A stretch of 64,000 nt of DNA. It comes from Macrostomum lignano. Its lineage: Eukaryota. This document shows positions 40,599 to 54,130 of the stretch, piece after piece. A program made the position numbers and the translations under genes. The stretch covers positions 124,001 to 188,000 of the forward strand of contig NIVC01000459.1 of the NCBI GenBank assembly GCA_002269645.1. The letters are read 5' to 3'. Position 1 is the stretch's first letter. Every line of letters starts with the position of its first letter. The notes below the pieces were generated by a model, which searched no databases, was not told the DNA's origin, and saw nothing but the letters and a program-made list of their open reading frames with translations.

Positions 40599-42450
40599 CT
40601 AGGGAAGGGGCGTCTTCCAGACCAGGAAGATGTGCTTCTCAAACTTGAAGATGAACGCGTGGCCGGGCGCGTAGCCGAAGTCGCACCAGAATTGGCCGTT
40701 CAGCAGCACCAGGTGCCAGAGGCGGCCGTACATTTCGTCAGCCTTCTTCTTAACCCAGATGGGGACGTCCTGTAATGATTTAAACAAATTTGTTATGATT
40801 TCATAACTATTTTTGATATGATTAGTAGTTTATAAGTTCAGTTATAGTTCGCAGGGGGCTTTGGGCTACTGAGTCCTCACAGAGATATCGGACATATGGG
40901 TACAGAGAGACAGGGAGTACGAGTACTTACATTTAGATACCAGCTTAACTGCTTGGTCTACGCATTGTAAAAAGATTTGATTAAAAAGAAAAGAAAAGAT
41001 AAAATTTTCAATATTTGGGTAAGAGTGAAGTCAGTAAAAGTGTAAAAAAAGAAGGTTGGTGTAAATGAGAGACAATTTGAATGCTGGAATCAAAATGCTG
41101 AGTAAATGACGGTTCTTTGCGACCTATAGGACATTGGTCATAGTTAACCCTGCACTTGATCCAGCTAGTTGATATTTAGTTTGTTAGAGGGTAGAGGATG
41201 GTTAGTTGACTAGAAATCCTGACATCCGATAGATGGATTGGATTTGATATCATGAAATGGTTATTTCATGCCAAATTTGGCCAAACCCAGAGAGGATGGC
41301 ATGTAAACCTGCCTAAGTGCCCTGAGGGGTTGGCTGACCCATATCCAATGTACCCGCTACGAAAAAATCGATCTCAGGAACTTCAGTTACGAGAATTGGA
41401 CGCATTACCACTCTACGAATCTCTAATTATAATACGAACCTTAGTTTTTTTATTGACGCGCAGTCCTTCTAGGCAGAGCTGAGCGATCTTAATCTGCCAG
41501 GATATTTCCATCTCAGCGTAGACGACAACCACACCGTCGGGCATGCCGCCGCTGGCCGCTTTCTCGCGGACTTCACTCATCCTGGAATCGGGTTCGTTTG
41601 GGTTTACTCATTTTTTCGGTTTCGGGGAACACAAAACCGGACGAGAAACAATATTTAGCTATTATTATTGATATTCTAGATTTCTAGTTTTCCAACATAT
41701 ATTCAAGTTTTTACTCGAACTTAAAACCTGATAATGAAGAATTAATTCCGGCATGAAACACTAGGTAAACTCGAACCGGATCACCTGACCTCGAAACCGA
41801 ATGACTGACCTTGAACCCGATTCACCTGACCTCGAAACCGAATGACTGACCTTGAACCCGATTCACCTGACCTTGAACCGATCACCTGACCTTGAAACCG
41901 AATGCCTGACCTTGAACCTGATCACCTGACCTTGAACCGATCACCTGACCTCGAAACCGAATGCCTGACCTTGAACCTGATCACCTGACCTCGAACCCGA
42001 TCACCTGACCTCAACCCGATCACCTGACCTCGAACCCGATCACCTGAACTCGAACCCGATCACCTGACCTCGAACCCGATTACCTGACCTCCAATAAGAA
42101 GCCAGAACCTCTAACCCATTTGAACCCCAGAAGTGGACCGTATCTTTATAGTTCTCACGTCTCCTTATAGTTGAGTCCGAGCACATCGCAGAACTCTTCC
42201 AGCTCAATGGTGCCCGATTTGTCCTCGTCGAACAGGTTCAACCATTTCTGCAATGTGCGATGAGCAGCTCTAGTAATAGGCTTTGGCTGTTTCTGGCCAT
42301 CTATTGGACCCTGAGGCCACCCGAGCAACTCACATTCACGAAGCTTTCATCGTAGTTGTTCTTCTGCATATAGGCTTGCAGATCTTCTGCGCTGATTTGC
42401 AGCTTGCCCTGAGTGTCAATGGCGAACCAGGCTTCCTTGAAGGCTTCCAT
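40599..42450 (-). CDS. TAL-like protein, 172 aa; exons 42450-42334, 42247-42159, 41581-41440, 40769-40599
   Basis: Open after GT-AG splicing: MEAFKEAWFAIDTQGKLQISAED...KWLNLFDEDKSGTIELEEFCDVLG...LWHLVLLNGQFWCDFGYAPGHAFIFKFEKHIFLVWKTPLP. Confidence 0.93.
41770..42095. repeat. ~19-21-bp degenerate minisatellite (cctgaccttgaacccgatca) in TAL intron 2
   Basis: Direct tandem periodicity. Confidence 0.9.
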
Positions 42451-44219
42451 TGCGTCAGTATAGCTATAGTTGACCTGACTATCAGATGCTGGCAGCTGGA
42501 TCCCTTCTGAGAGACAATTAAGATCACTCGTCACCTGTGGCGTATAGCTCGTGCAGAATGGTCTGCAGGCCGGGCAGGTGTGTTATTTATGGCTGCTCCA
42601 GCTAAATGAAGCTGGGTGGATAGTGAGATGAGGTTGGTTGGCTGTCAGGTATGAGGTAGAAGCATTTTATTTAAAAGGTTTATGGCATTTCAGCGGCTAC
42701 TGTAAACCTCCTTTCAGCTTGAATGAAGCTGAACACTATGCTGTTACGTACGTATGAACATAAAAAAAACTGAGCCTTGCCTTTTGAGTAGCTCATAGTT
42801 GAGTTAGCAAAACTTGATGCGCTTTGTGCCCCCCCTTGCCTTGTCCTATAAATTTTGTCCTACTTCAGTGACTCGATTTGAGTGAGATTCGCAAGTGTGT
42901 GCCCGGGGTTCCACTGGACTTCAGGGTAGATATAAAGTTTCCAATTACATTGTATTATAGAGAGGAGAGAGGAGAGGGAAGAGAGACGAGAAGAGAGGAG
43001 AGAGGAGACGGGGGGAGAGGAGAGGAGTGAGAGGAGAGGAGAGATGAGACAGGAGATGAAAAAAAGAAGAGACACAAAACCTGAGCGGGCCGGATTGCTA
43101 TTGTGACGTTTCAAAGGACCGGAGGGTCAGTGGGCTGGAGTTGCCGACCCCCTGTTCCAAACCAACCCAAACAGTTCTGGCATTCTAGCTGCTGGCTCGT
43201 AGCCTGACATTGCTGCTATATTCCTTATTGTCTGCAACAAGCCTAAATAGAACTGCAAATTTTTTCTTTGCCTGGGGGCTAGCATAATTTTCCGCCTCAG
43301 TTCGCTTGAGTTTGTCCGTTTCTTATGCAGCTGGACAATTGAGTCTCACATAAAACTGCATCTGTTTATGTGAGAAAGAAAAATGCTGAATCACTCACTC
43401 GTCAGGGACTGCAGAAAACGGCCAAAATGAAAGCAGAATCGCGCAGACCCATCGCAAGCTTACTAAACGGCGCCACCCTGGTCACATTTTATTGTAAAGC
43501 GTTGTCTTACCTAAACCATTCAATTAGCACAGAAAAACTGTTGAAGCCAGACTGCTCTGTCTCACAGTGTAAATTTGGACAGCAGTTTTGCTTAGCCTAG
43601 CTAGAGAGCCACTGTAAATTTTGCAATAGCCATTAGAGTTGCAAATATCCAGTCTAGCTCTTTACTGTGGCAGCTATAGCAATCAGACAAAACTGTAAGA
43701 TAATAACTGCATAGCAACTGTAATAATGGTACAAATCGCTTGTTTTGTTATTTTGCACCTCAATTTGATTTGATTTGAATCAGACCATATGAAAGACTGG
43801 TATCGCACAGGAGCTTCGCTTGACCTCAGTGTGTATTTCTCCGTAGTTCATTTTGCTTACAAAAATGTACTTTAATTCTTTAAAGCAGTTTCTGTTTCGC
43901 GTGTTTTGACTGAGCGCAGCCCTGAGAAAATAAAACACGCAAGCTTCTGAAGATGCAAATTAGTACTTTACAATTACTACTACTCCATTTCTCCCCGATT
44001 GTACATGTATAGCTACGAGCGTAAATGTAGGAAAGGTCTAGAGGTATTGGTGTGCATTGAGAATATGGAAAACTCTCGTTGAGTGAACGCGTTTTTGAGT
44101 GAATGAAGCACAACGATGCCGTCCAGTTGAGAGCACTGACTGAAGCCTCATCGGAGTGAAGCAAAACAACTCTTTGACTGTAAATACTTTTATCATTTCG
44201 GTGCATAGACAGCACACGT

Positions 44220-45330
44220 ACGCTGGCTACGTATGCTTATTAAGTTCCCGGAAAGTGCAGCTTAAAAATGCGAAAATCAAACGAAACTTAACCAGCAGTG
44301 GGTTGGATGTTCTACGTTTGCTTGTAAAATTTCAGCTTTATCTGTCGTAATGATGCGCCGCAGTGGCTAAAGTTTGGCTGGAAAAAGTACCTCCCCCCTG
44401 CCATAGCTGACTGACCGCGACAGGCGAGTGGCGAACCTGGTCCTGTTTCGGTTGGGCAGCTCTGCCCATGTTTGGCCGTGTCCGACGGAATCGTTGCTGC
44501 TGTTCGACGCCACGTGGACGAAGATCAGCGAGTGACGATTCGCTGGTTGGAGCAGCTCGTCGGGGTGTCGGATTCCACCATCATTACGATCCTGCACCAG
44601 CACCTCGGCATGAGGAAGCTGTCCGCTCGCTGGGTGCCCCACCAGCGTTGACCAGATGCCTTCGCCGACCTCGCCGACCTCATGGCGGCCAGGTTTGACG
44701 GAGGCCGCTCAAAGTTGGTGGATAACATCCTCACTGGTGACGAAACCTGGGTCTACTTCTACGACCCAGAGACCAAGGAGCAGAGTCGGCAGTGGGTCAC
44801 CAACGAGGAAGATGCTCCTCTCAAATTTCGTCGCGAGCGCAGCGTCGGCAAAGTGATGGCGGCCATTTTCTTCCGACGCAGCGGCATCTTGCCGCCAGTG
44901 CTGCTGCAGCAAGGCGCCACAATGACGGCAGAATGGTACAGCACCGTCTGCTTGCCTCAGGTTCTGCAGGCGCTTGCACAGCAGTGGCCGAAGACGCTCG
45001 ACAAAGGCATCTTCCTCCATCAGAAGAACGCTTCGGCGCACCGGGCACGAGTGACCCAGGAGTTTCTTCAGGCGACCCACCTCGTCCAACTGCCGCCTCC
45101 GGCATATTTGCCGGACCAGGTGCCTGCCGACTTCTCCTCTTTACCAGGATGAAAAAAATCTAAAGGGGAAGCGCTTCGACTCGAGGGAGGAGCTGGTTGT
45201 TGCGCTGCAAGCTGAGCTGGACAGCGTCACCAAAGCTGATCTCAGCGGTGCTTCGACGCATGGGTTCCAGCGCCTGCAGAAGTGCTCCAATTTGGGTGGA
45301 AATTATGTTGAGAAGTTATAATAGACTGTA
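44220..45330 (+). mobile_element. Degenerate mariner (DD34D) transposase
   Basis: LGMRKLSARWVPH, ILTGDETWVYFYDPETKEQSRQW, and degraded HDNA/YSPDLAP motifs (HQKNA, YLPDQVPAD). Frameshifts are present and no right TIR was seen. Confidence 0.85.
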
Positions 45331-46545
45331 ATAAAATTATAAATTGTCGAATGCCGAAATGGTATGAAAATTAAGGATTTTAATGTTTACTTTATATTTA
45401 AAGGTTGCTCTTTCATACATGTGCACTATAATACGGGAGAAATGCAACAAGCGTAAGTACCGGATAGGGATGGGCATCTTCAACGTTAAAATGTGTCTTT
45501 TATATAATAGTACTCTAGAGTAATACAGCACTCTACTGACAGTAGAGCGTCAGGAAAATTTTACTGGACCAAAAGATATTTTTGTCTGATTTCGCTTCCT
45601 CGATGATCGGTATGATTATTGACACTAGCTTTGTATTACCGCCTAATGACGCGTAACGGCTTTAGAACCAAGAAATTCTGACTGAAAACTGGGCCGAACA
45701 AATATTTTTTACCTGATTAGATAAACTTTTATTTCTCTCATGGCAGCTCTGTAGCTAAACTTACGAGTGTACTACTAGTAAGTAAGTATTGAAAGACTAA
45801 AAACTATGATGGACCTAATGTTCTTTTCAGTGGCGTACACAGAAACTTTAATCAAGGGATTATCCTGGAATGGCGATAGTGCTTACTTTTCAAAACTTAT
45901 AGTACCCTACACACTACAAATGGGGTATAGCTAGTAGTGAATGTATAATATAAACTTTCTGACAATCGTGTGGTGGATATATACCTGTTTCCCCTTATTT
46001 GCGCCGCTGGTTTCTTTACACAAAATAGCCTAAAAATTTTCTGACTTCATAGAAAGATGCGCATGGCAAATCGTTTTTTTCTAACGTTGAATTCTCAATT
46101 TATCGTACTTTTTTTATCAATTATCATTACCAGCATTGAAATTTGGCTTTGGCTTTGGCTTTTGAGTCTTTCTTCTTACTCAATTCATTAATGTTGAATG
46201 TTAAATGTAATCCTAACATTTTTCGTAGTGTCGGTTATACTAAGCACCAAGAAATAGCGACCAACTGCAGGGCTGGATCAAACTTTAGTAGGCCTCATAG
46301 TAGGCCTCATATAGGTCGAATTCCAAGTCAATTAGCTGTTGTGGTTTTTGCGCTGCTTCAGTGACATCCTGCTGCATGCGCCTCTTCGCATCAACGTTTG
46401 GTCGTGATTCATAGGAGTGGCCGCTCCGCGCACTAAAGGCGCCGGATATTTCAACTGCCGACCTCGCACACGGACGGCCCGCCGGCCGTTTCACACAGCG
46501 CCAGTGTGTTCGATCTTGTCGGGTGACGTTTGGACCCAAAACATA

Positions 46546-47913
46546 CGAGGGGAAGTAAAAAGTAATGATAATTTTGTTCTCACGAGTGTCAAACTTCAAA
46601 TGGGAATCTACTTTTCTACATAGTCCCCCTCCAGGGTCAGGCACTTCTCCATGCGGTATCGCCATCTCTCCAGGCCGTTTGCGTAGAACTCAGGAGGCTG
46701 TACAGCAAGCCACAGTACAGTAGCCTTTTTGGCAGCCTCTTTGTCCTCATGTTGGACTCCTTTGATTGCTTCCTTTAGCTTGGGAAACAAAAAAGTCCGA
46801 AGGAGTCAAATCAGGGCTATATGGAGGATGCTGGAGGATTTCCCAGCGGAAATCTCGCAGGACTTCACGGCAGAGCCGAGAAGTGTGGGCTGGTGCACAA
46901 GGACCACTAGGAACACTTCGTTATTACTTAGTCTAGTAGTCCTTGCTGGTGCATTGTCGTAGTAAAAGAGAATCCCACGGTGCAGCTTGCCAGGTCGCTT
47001 TTTGACCAGTTCGGAGCGGAGCTTTCACAGAAGCAACTCATATAATAGGTGGCATTGATGGTCTTCTGGCTTTCCAAGAAGTCCACCATCACCACTCCCT
47101 CAACATCCCAGAAGATGGTCGTCAAGACCTTCGCTGCAGACCGTTCTGCGCGGAACTCTTGGGGCCCGCTGAACCTTGTGGCAGCCACTCCTTGAATTGG
47201 ACCTTGGACTCGGGATTGTACTGAAATATCCATGTTTCATCCCCGGTTACTAAGCGCAGGTAAAAGTTTTCTGAATCAGCGTCCAAGTGGTTCAGCAGGT
47301 TGATGGCGCACTCAGTGCGCCGAACCCGGTGTGCAAGCCGCAACAGCCGCGGGACCCAGCGGGCACTCAGCTTGCTCAGACCAAGACAGTCCGTCACAAT
47401 GGAGTGAGCACTGCCATGAGAGATGCTCACTTGGTCAGAAATATCGCCTATGGTCACGCGCCGATCCTGCTCAAGTACCTGCTGCACAGCTGCCACATTT
47501 TCCTCTGTGCGCGATGTTGTGGGCCTTCCAGACTGCTGAGCGTCTTCCACAGACTCTCGGCCTTCCTTAAAAGCCTGAATCCATCGGTAAATGGTCGGAT
47601 CTGGTGGAGCAATGTCCCCGTAGACCTTCTTCAAATCGTCAATGATTTCGGTCGGCTTCCAACCAAGTTTCACAAGAAACTTCATGTTAGTGCAAGCTTC
47701 GATTTTTTGAATTTTCTATTTCTCAAAGGGTATACTGTGATTACAGTGTCACCATGCAGAAATCAATCACTTTAGAAGAACCAAAACTGTCAAATAAAGA
47801 ACAAAAATGTTTTTTTTTTCAAATGAAACAAGTTGCAGTTCAATACCTCTTATATTACGAGCTATTAGCCGTTACAACAAAATTATCATTACTTTTTTAC
47901 TTCGATCCCCTCG
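46546..47913 (-). mobile_element. Full-length but frameshifted mariner element (1368 bp)
   Basis: TIRs CGAGGGGA..AGTAAAAAGTAATGATAATTTTGTT at both ends with a TA TSD (46544-45, 47914-15). Transposase motifs: LSARWVP, VTGDETW, YDNAPAH, HPPYSPDLTPSDF. Confidence 0.92.
46898..46945. mobile_element. 48-bp minimal TIR element inside the mariner
   Basis: 13-bp TIRs CAAGGACCACTAG / CTAGTAGTCCTTG and an 8-bp TSD ctggtgca at 46890-46897 and 46946-46953. Confidence 0.82.
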
Positions 47914-49199
47914 TACTCCCCTTGGCCAGTACGCTGAAGGAGGTCCTTCCCCTTCTCGCTGGCGCCAGGAAGGAGTTCGAATGAATTATCCCTGTCCCCT
48001 TTATCAACGTAAACCCCCCTAAAAGTGTAAAGCATTTCTACCCTTTCATTCATACCCTTTAAAAATACTCTCATACTCTCTCAATACTCTCACTCTCAAA
48101 AAACCTAAATTTCAATCGCTTCGAGTTTGATCTCATGCTGGGCACCATCTGGTTGGACACCTGGTTGGACACCGTCTGGCTGGACTGCACCATCTGGTTG
48201 GACACCGTCTGGTTGGACTGCAACATCAGGATTGCAGGTACATGTACATGTAGTAGCTATAGTCACTTCCAGGCAAATGTCTCCCTCTTCCGAAGCTTCC
48301 TGTATGTCTCGAGTGACATTTTTGCTGCCCTAAAATGCAAATACTACTGTCTTGTTAAAGCGTTAAATAAACATTCAATTCATATACCATGTACATGTAA
48401 ATGTGTACATGCGCTGGTCGTTACCTTTTAGGCAAACTCGCGATGTACCCATTGATAGCAACCATCACAGAGAAGCCCATGTTTACGAGGTCGTACCACT
48501 GTTTTGCAGATGGCACACAAGTCAGCCATACTGATAAGTGCGAGAGCAAAAAGTTATTAACAAATCACCCAGTTTATAAATTGGGGGGTATACATCTCAG
48601 CCCCATAATACTTCAATACAATGGGTGGTGCATGGGTGCAATTGTAATTGTAACAAAGCATATGCAGCACACAAGCTGCAAGACCCCGGCAGACTCTGGA
48701 TATACATGTACTCTGCCTTATTTGTTGACGAATTCGCTCAGCTTGTTTTAACTGTTGACGAATTCGATTTCCTCGAAATTTCTCACATTATAGGTCTCTG
48801 TTGATGATGAATTATTAGATGTTGACGAATTTGGTGTAACCCTAGGATGGGTGACGGATTTTAGGTTAGGCCTCTATGATAATTACACTGTCACTGTCAG
48901 CCTTTGACCATCTAAAGTTACTTTTTCAATCAAGTTTTCTGTAAATATTGGACAATAGTTCACCTACGAGGGAGCTACGAGTCCGACCTACCTTATTTAG
49001 GTCTAGGAGTGGACTTGTAACTTCTGTCTGTTATTTTTATCAGTGTAAATCTAGACTCTAGGCCTATAATATATTGGCTAGAATAGGCACAGGGCAATCG
49101 GCAACCCCTGAAAGCCAATTTTTTCAAGGGCTCAGGGGTCCAGGGGCTAATAATATAAATAAGTAAAAACTAGGCCTAGGGGCCTACCGCTGCATCATG

Positions 49200-51050
49200 G
49201 TCAGTGTGAACAAAAGAAGAAGTTTCTCTCTGCCCTTTTGTTGATCATCTTGGTATTCCAGATGTTCCACATCTTAGATGCTAAAGAAATAAACATTATA
49301 GTGCCAGCGTGCATGGTATAAGACCAAGATGGCCACACACCAAGATGGCCACAACATTGAATCTCTTTGGCTCTGCTCTCTTTTTATCATTAATTAGCAA
49401 CATAGTAGCTATTGTTATATTAATTATTATGTTTAATCAATCATATTCATAATACTGATGCAATAGGCCTAATAGATTTTAAACTAATTACTTATAGGGC
49501 CTAATACAAAAACTTTAATCTTTTTCAGTGTTTATGCCAATTTATTCCCTATCATTACATCTATCAAATCTATCACTTATTTTCTATCACCTATCATTAA
49601 ATCTATCAATAATCTGTTTATTAAGAAACCACTGCTACTAGTAATGCTATACAAAATTAAGATAAATATACAATAAGGCAAGGTATTTATTTTGTGTTAG
49701 GCTACTTGCTTGGTGTAATGAATAATATATATAGGTCAAGCTATAATAAAAGCTAAAGCCAAAGGAATGACTATAATATAAGGGCCTAATATAATATAAT
49801 TCCAATATAATATATTTTTAGCATCTATTTCTCTAATTATTACCAATAGGAAATAAGTGAAATATATAGACCTAGGCTTATGTATGCTTATTATTATCTA
49901 TTTAGACACTTAGAGCTGTGGCCATCTTGGTCATGCGCCGCGTGCATAGCCTATTATAAAACTTCAAAGTAGCAATAGTGCTTTCATTGAAGATAGCAGC
50001 TGCAAGGCTTACATTTGTCTTTTTGATATCAGTTGGATCAAGAACTATTTTGCTCAACAATGGGCTAGGCCTATTCTTACTGGATTTCCCTTCAGAGTGC
50101 AGCCTACAAATGACAAAAATCAGTTATGATTGTGATCAATTTGTTTGGGCCAAAGGTGGCAATACTCTAAAAATCTAGAAACTCAAAGATGCCTCAACTG
50201 ATCTAGTTGTAGTAAATATTCCTAAAGTTGTGTATTGGATCAACTAGCAAAAAAAATGGTTCCCTAGTTTTTAGGTTTAGAATGTGTGACTTTATCTGCT
50301 ATCCTCCATAGAGCATAGGCCCTAGCCTACAAAAAAGCTTACAATTGGGACTATTGTTGTTGTCAGCACTAGAATAGACTGATTTAAGTCTAGCTGTTGA
50401 CAAGTTTAGCTTTTTGACATTAAGAGAGCTAATAGGGATCATTTAGACTGTCTTGATAGCCTGATTGAAGTGATCATATCATGAATGCTAGAACAGTTTT
50501 AGCCTACTGATCTGACTCTATCAACACTATGTATAAAGCTTTCCTCCTACAAATTCAATCTTTTTGGCAGCATGCACCTCATCTACCATTAAAACAACAT
50601 GCTTTGTTATCTTGCTTAGGGACTCCATCCTTGTTCTCAGGTACTTTAAGCCTATTATCAATTCTGCAGAATTTTCTATGCTAAAGGTAGATGCCAATCT
50701 CTAAAGATGACAAATGCTTAATAGTTCAATAGTGGAAAAGTCCAGCAACAACTTGTATGCTGACAAGCTGTGGCTTTGCAGCAAACAGGCAAATGTAAAA
50801 GTTGAATGTGAGTATTCCTTTGATTTTCTAAGAGCTAGGTATAATTGCTCCAATAGAAATTCTAAGTGCTTTTGCTTTTCATTGACATCACAAAGTTTAA
50901 CTGTAGCCTAGATATGATAATAAGCCATACCTAAATGATCTTTATCTGAAAGACTATTGAAGCCACCTTCAAGTCTATTCTTGTTGCTGACAAGCAGATT
51001 TTCTAACTGTCTGAATAATTCTAGGCCCCTAATTTACTGATTGAAATCTG
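49200..51050 (-). pseudogene. Fossil P-element (THAP9-like) transposase
   Basis: My translation gives FLLEQL..YS..SAYKLL, HVVLMVDEVH (~50580), AKTVLAFMI, PFFLLVDPIHNFRNIY (50230-50241), VLDPTDIKKTNVSLAAAIFNEST and MWNIWNTK, in P-transposase order. Several stops and frameshifts. Confidence 0.78.
49315..49939. mobile_element. AT-rich MITE with GG termini and an 8-bp TSD (Merlin-like) inserted in the P fossil
   Basis: Inverted ends GG.....GACCAAGATGGCCAC. TSD gcgtgcat at 49307-49314 and 49940-49947. Confidence 0.65.
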
Positions 51051-54000
51051 TGCTGTGCATGTTCTTTAAATTTTAATTATGAGTCTGATTGACTCATTCA
51101 TCCAAAAATTCACACACATTTATATAGTGTGAGCCTTTTGTACAGTGTGCTTCTTAATGTCATTTCCTATCTTCCACAGCATTTCTTCTCTTTGTGAGAT
51201 CTACCTCCTTTGACCCCTCCCATTATTAATAGTCAAATGCACATATATATACAGATAGCTGTACCAGCATAGTTTATAGCTAGCATTTCTATAAACCATC
51301 TTTCCCAGCCTCCTCATTCTTCCTTTTTTAAGAGATTAACCTCAAATTGTCAAGCCCCGAAATGAGTGTCATGTCCCCCTAAGCAAAGCGAGCCCAAGAG
51401 TCCCTGGCTAGATGCAATGTTAGATCATCAAGGGCCTTGGTGGCCAGATTGGATTGGAAGGCTTAGGGGGGCTAGACTGGGGACTCTTGTCTAGGCTGAC
51501 CCCTGGATTAGACTAGAACTTAGAAGTATAACTAAGGCCTAGTCTAAATAACTCAGACCTAATTCTTATTATTAATATTAATTTTATTATTAGTTTGTCT
51601 TCATTTGTAGCAGTCATTATTTGCATGGTACTATATAAATATTGCTAGTGTTATTTACACAATAACTAAAATAAATAGGGCCCCTTATAAATAATTATCT
51701 TATAAACCAGGGACTACTCATTATTTGTCCTTGTATCTTTTATTTTTATAACAAGATTAAACTAACTAAAGCCAGTAAATGGAGTTTAGGTATGATTTAT
51801 GTGTTTATGTTAAGGCCTAACATTTTTTATTAGCTTGTACTGTTAAAAATGCAAAGTAAAAGGGTGTTTCAAAAGAAATGAACTAAAATACACTTTATTT
51901 GCCTTCAAAAAGATGGATTTTTGTCAAATGTAACTAGAACATAGCCATAGCCCCTTATAAGTGCTATACAATCTATAAAACTAGTTTTTTTTTAGTTACC
52001 ATATAAATAATGATAGTAATATTTATACAATATCATGAAAATACAAACAAGTGCCTCAATTTATTAAAATACTCATATTCTAGGACTAATTTCACTATTA
52101 TTATAGTATAATATATGTAGGTCATAGTATATAACATAAGTGGGACATAAGATAAAAGATACAACATATAATTAGAATCTATTTTGTCTAGGCCTAATTA
52201 ATATATATTATATCAACCAAATCGAGGTAGTGCTTGTATTTTTAAAGTAAGAAATAATAGCCTATTTTTGTATACACATTTAATACGTTACATTTTTGCT
52301 ACACTTTCTTAAAAATATGCACATTTAAATTTGCACAAATTTTGTTTGAATGTTGTTGAAGAAAATATTAACTTTTGTTTAAAACCATTCCAAAACATGA
52401 TATAAATAGAAGCCCAGAGTGGGCCAAAAAAGGCAACTTGAGCAACTCGAGCATTAGACTTGCTGCGTGCACCTATGGAAGCAATTGAAATCTTTAAGCA
52501 ATTGTTCAAATTGGCTTATTTATTTATTGAGAACTAAGAAATTCCAAATTGGGAGAATTGAGAACCGCTAAAAGTGGGAATTACTCAGTAGTCTAAGGAA
52601 GATTGCCTTAGAAGGTAGAACACCTACCAAAGGGTAGATAATCCAGACTCAGAGTCTGAGAGACCCACCTCAGGGAAAATATAGAAGTAGATAGAGAAGT
52701 AGATACGCTACCTCCCTGTGCAACCTCCCTGATTTACACTGGCTATGCAACTTACTTTTTAACCAAAGATGTATTTTACCTGTAAGCAAAAATTAATTTA
52801 ATTTTGGGTAAATGGTAGGAGTAACTTGATTGTCTTATTAAGGCTGAATGCATTGTCATCTAATTAGTACTTGTCTGTTTTTTTGGGTAGGCATTTTTTG
52901 ACTTAACCCTGGTCCACCACAATTTATGGTGGCCAGGTCGGCCAAGAGTTGCACATGTATGAGTGTGATTAATATTATTTTGCTAACAATGCATTTTAGA
53001 CTTAGTTAAGACCCTAGTCAAATTGTCAACTGGTGTTTTGTCAACTAGGGAGCATTGCCCACAGGTCATTTTGTCAATTGGCCAATCAATAAACTTTTGA
53101 ACTTGGTCATCTCATCAATTTCCAAGTGCAAGATGATTAAATATTAACCTTTAAAAACCACAAATAAACAATTATAAACAAATACTCAATGCTTTATATG
53201 CATTTAGCACCAAAGTAACCTTTCACCAAAATGGATAAGTCCTTCAAAATGATTGTCACAAAACTGACTATTGCCAAAGTATGACTCGTAACTATTATTC
53301 AAAAAAATGAATAAACTGAAGCATCTTGTCAGTAGTCATTGAAGTTTAGCAAATAAGCAAAGAGTTTATTTGTTAAGCATAGGTCTTTATATGCAACCCA
53401 TAGTCAGGAAGATGCACTATGTATGCTAGAATAAATTTCCCCAAAAATTTTTCCTCATGCACCAAAACTATTTTGCACCAGCATTTGGGTTTGTCATATT
53501 TCAAAAACAATGTTAAAAAAGCTATTTGTATAATAATAGTAAATAGCAAATAGCAAATTAAGTTTGATCTTTGAGCCGTCTTTCATGTTCATAATAAAAT
53601 TATAATTGTTGTTAAAGTTAATACAATTATAACAAATTAACTTCCAAAAAGCAAATTCTTATATTAATTACTGATCATGGAATCTATGCCATGCACCAAA
53701 TGTGCCAAGTGTGCTGGAGGAATAGCCTATTTGCATCAGAAAACTTGGTAAACTCTACTGCCTTCCTGACTATATACACCATCAGCTATTGAGCTAGCTG
53801 GCTAGGAAAAAACCTACCTAGCAGCCAGGTATACAGGAGCATAGGATACAAGTAGGTCCCATTCTTAGCCATGCACTGGTCTGACTGCCACAAGACCCTA
53901 TTAATCATTTGTATATATACTAAAAATTATATTATACAGTTTTATAATGCAAATGTTCATACACTGCTTCTTTTGAGCTTTGTGCCTTTATAATATTTTG

Positions 54001-54130
54001 ATATTTTTTATGGGAAGTGCAGTTTCTGTAATGTGGGTCTGTTAGACCAGACAGTTTGTGGCAATAGTTTCATCTGGTGATGTTAAATAAACTGCCAATG
54101 CACTTCTGAATCTTTAAACAAGCCCAGACA

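Larger units (their letters stand above)
46285..48074 (-). pseudogene. FLYWCH zinc-finger ORF (Mutator/MULE-like N-terminus, ~139 aa) interrupted by the mariner
   Basis: Removing 46544-47913 joins ...GKDLLQRTGQGEY|VLGPNVTRQDRTHWRCVKRPAGRPCARSAVEISGAFSARSGHS in frame, which fits the FLYWCH pattern (L..GY..WRC..C..H). Confidence 0.65.

Noticed and set aside
42860-42925. Hammerhead-ribozyme-like sequence (also 27060-27110 and 27350-27380)
   Set aside because: The CUGANGA and GAAA core elements are not both intact with pairable stems.
51708-51733. CAGGGACTACT...GTCCTTG as a possible terminus of the P fossil
   Set aside because: The match to the CAAGGAC TIR is short and imperfect, and no partner end or TSD was found.
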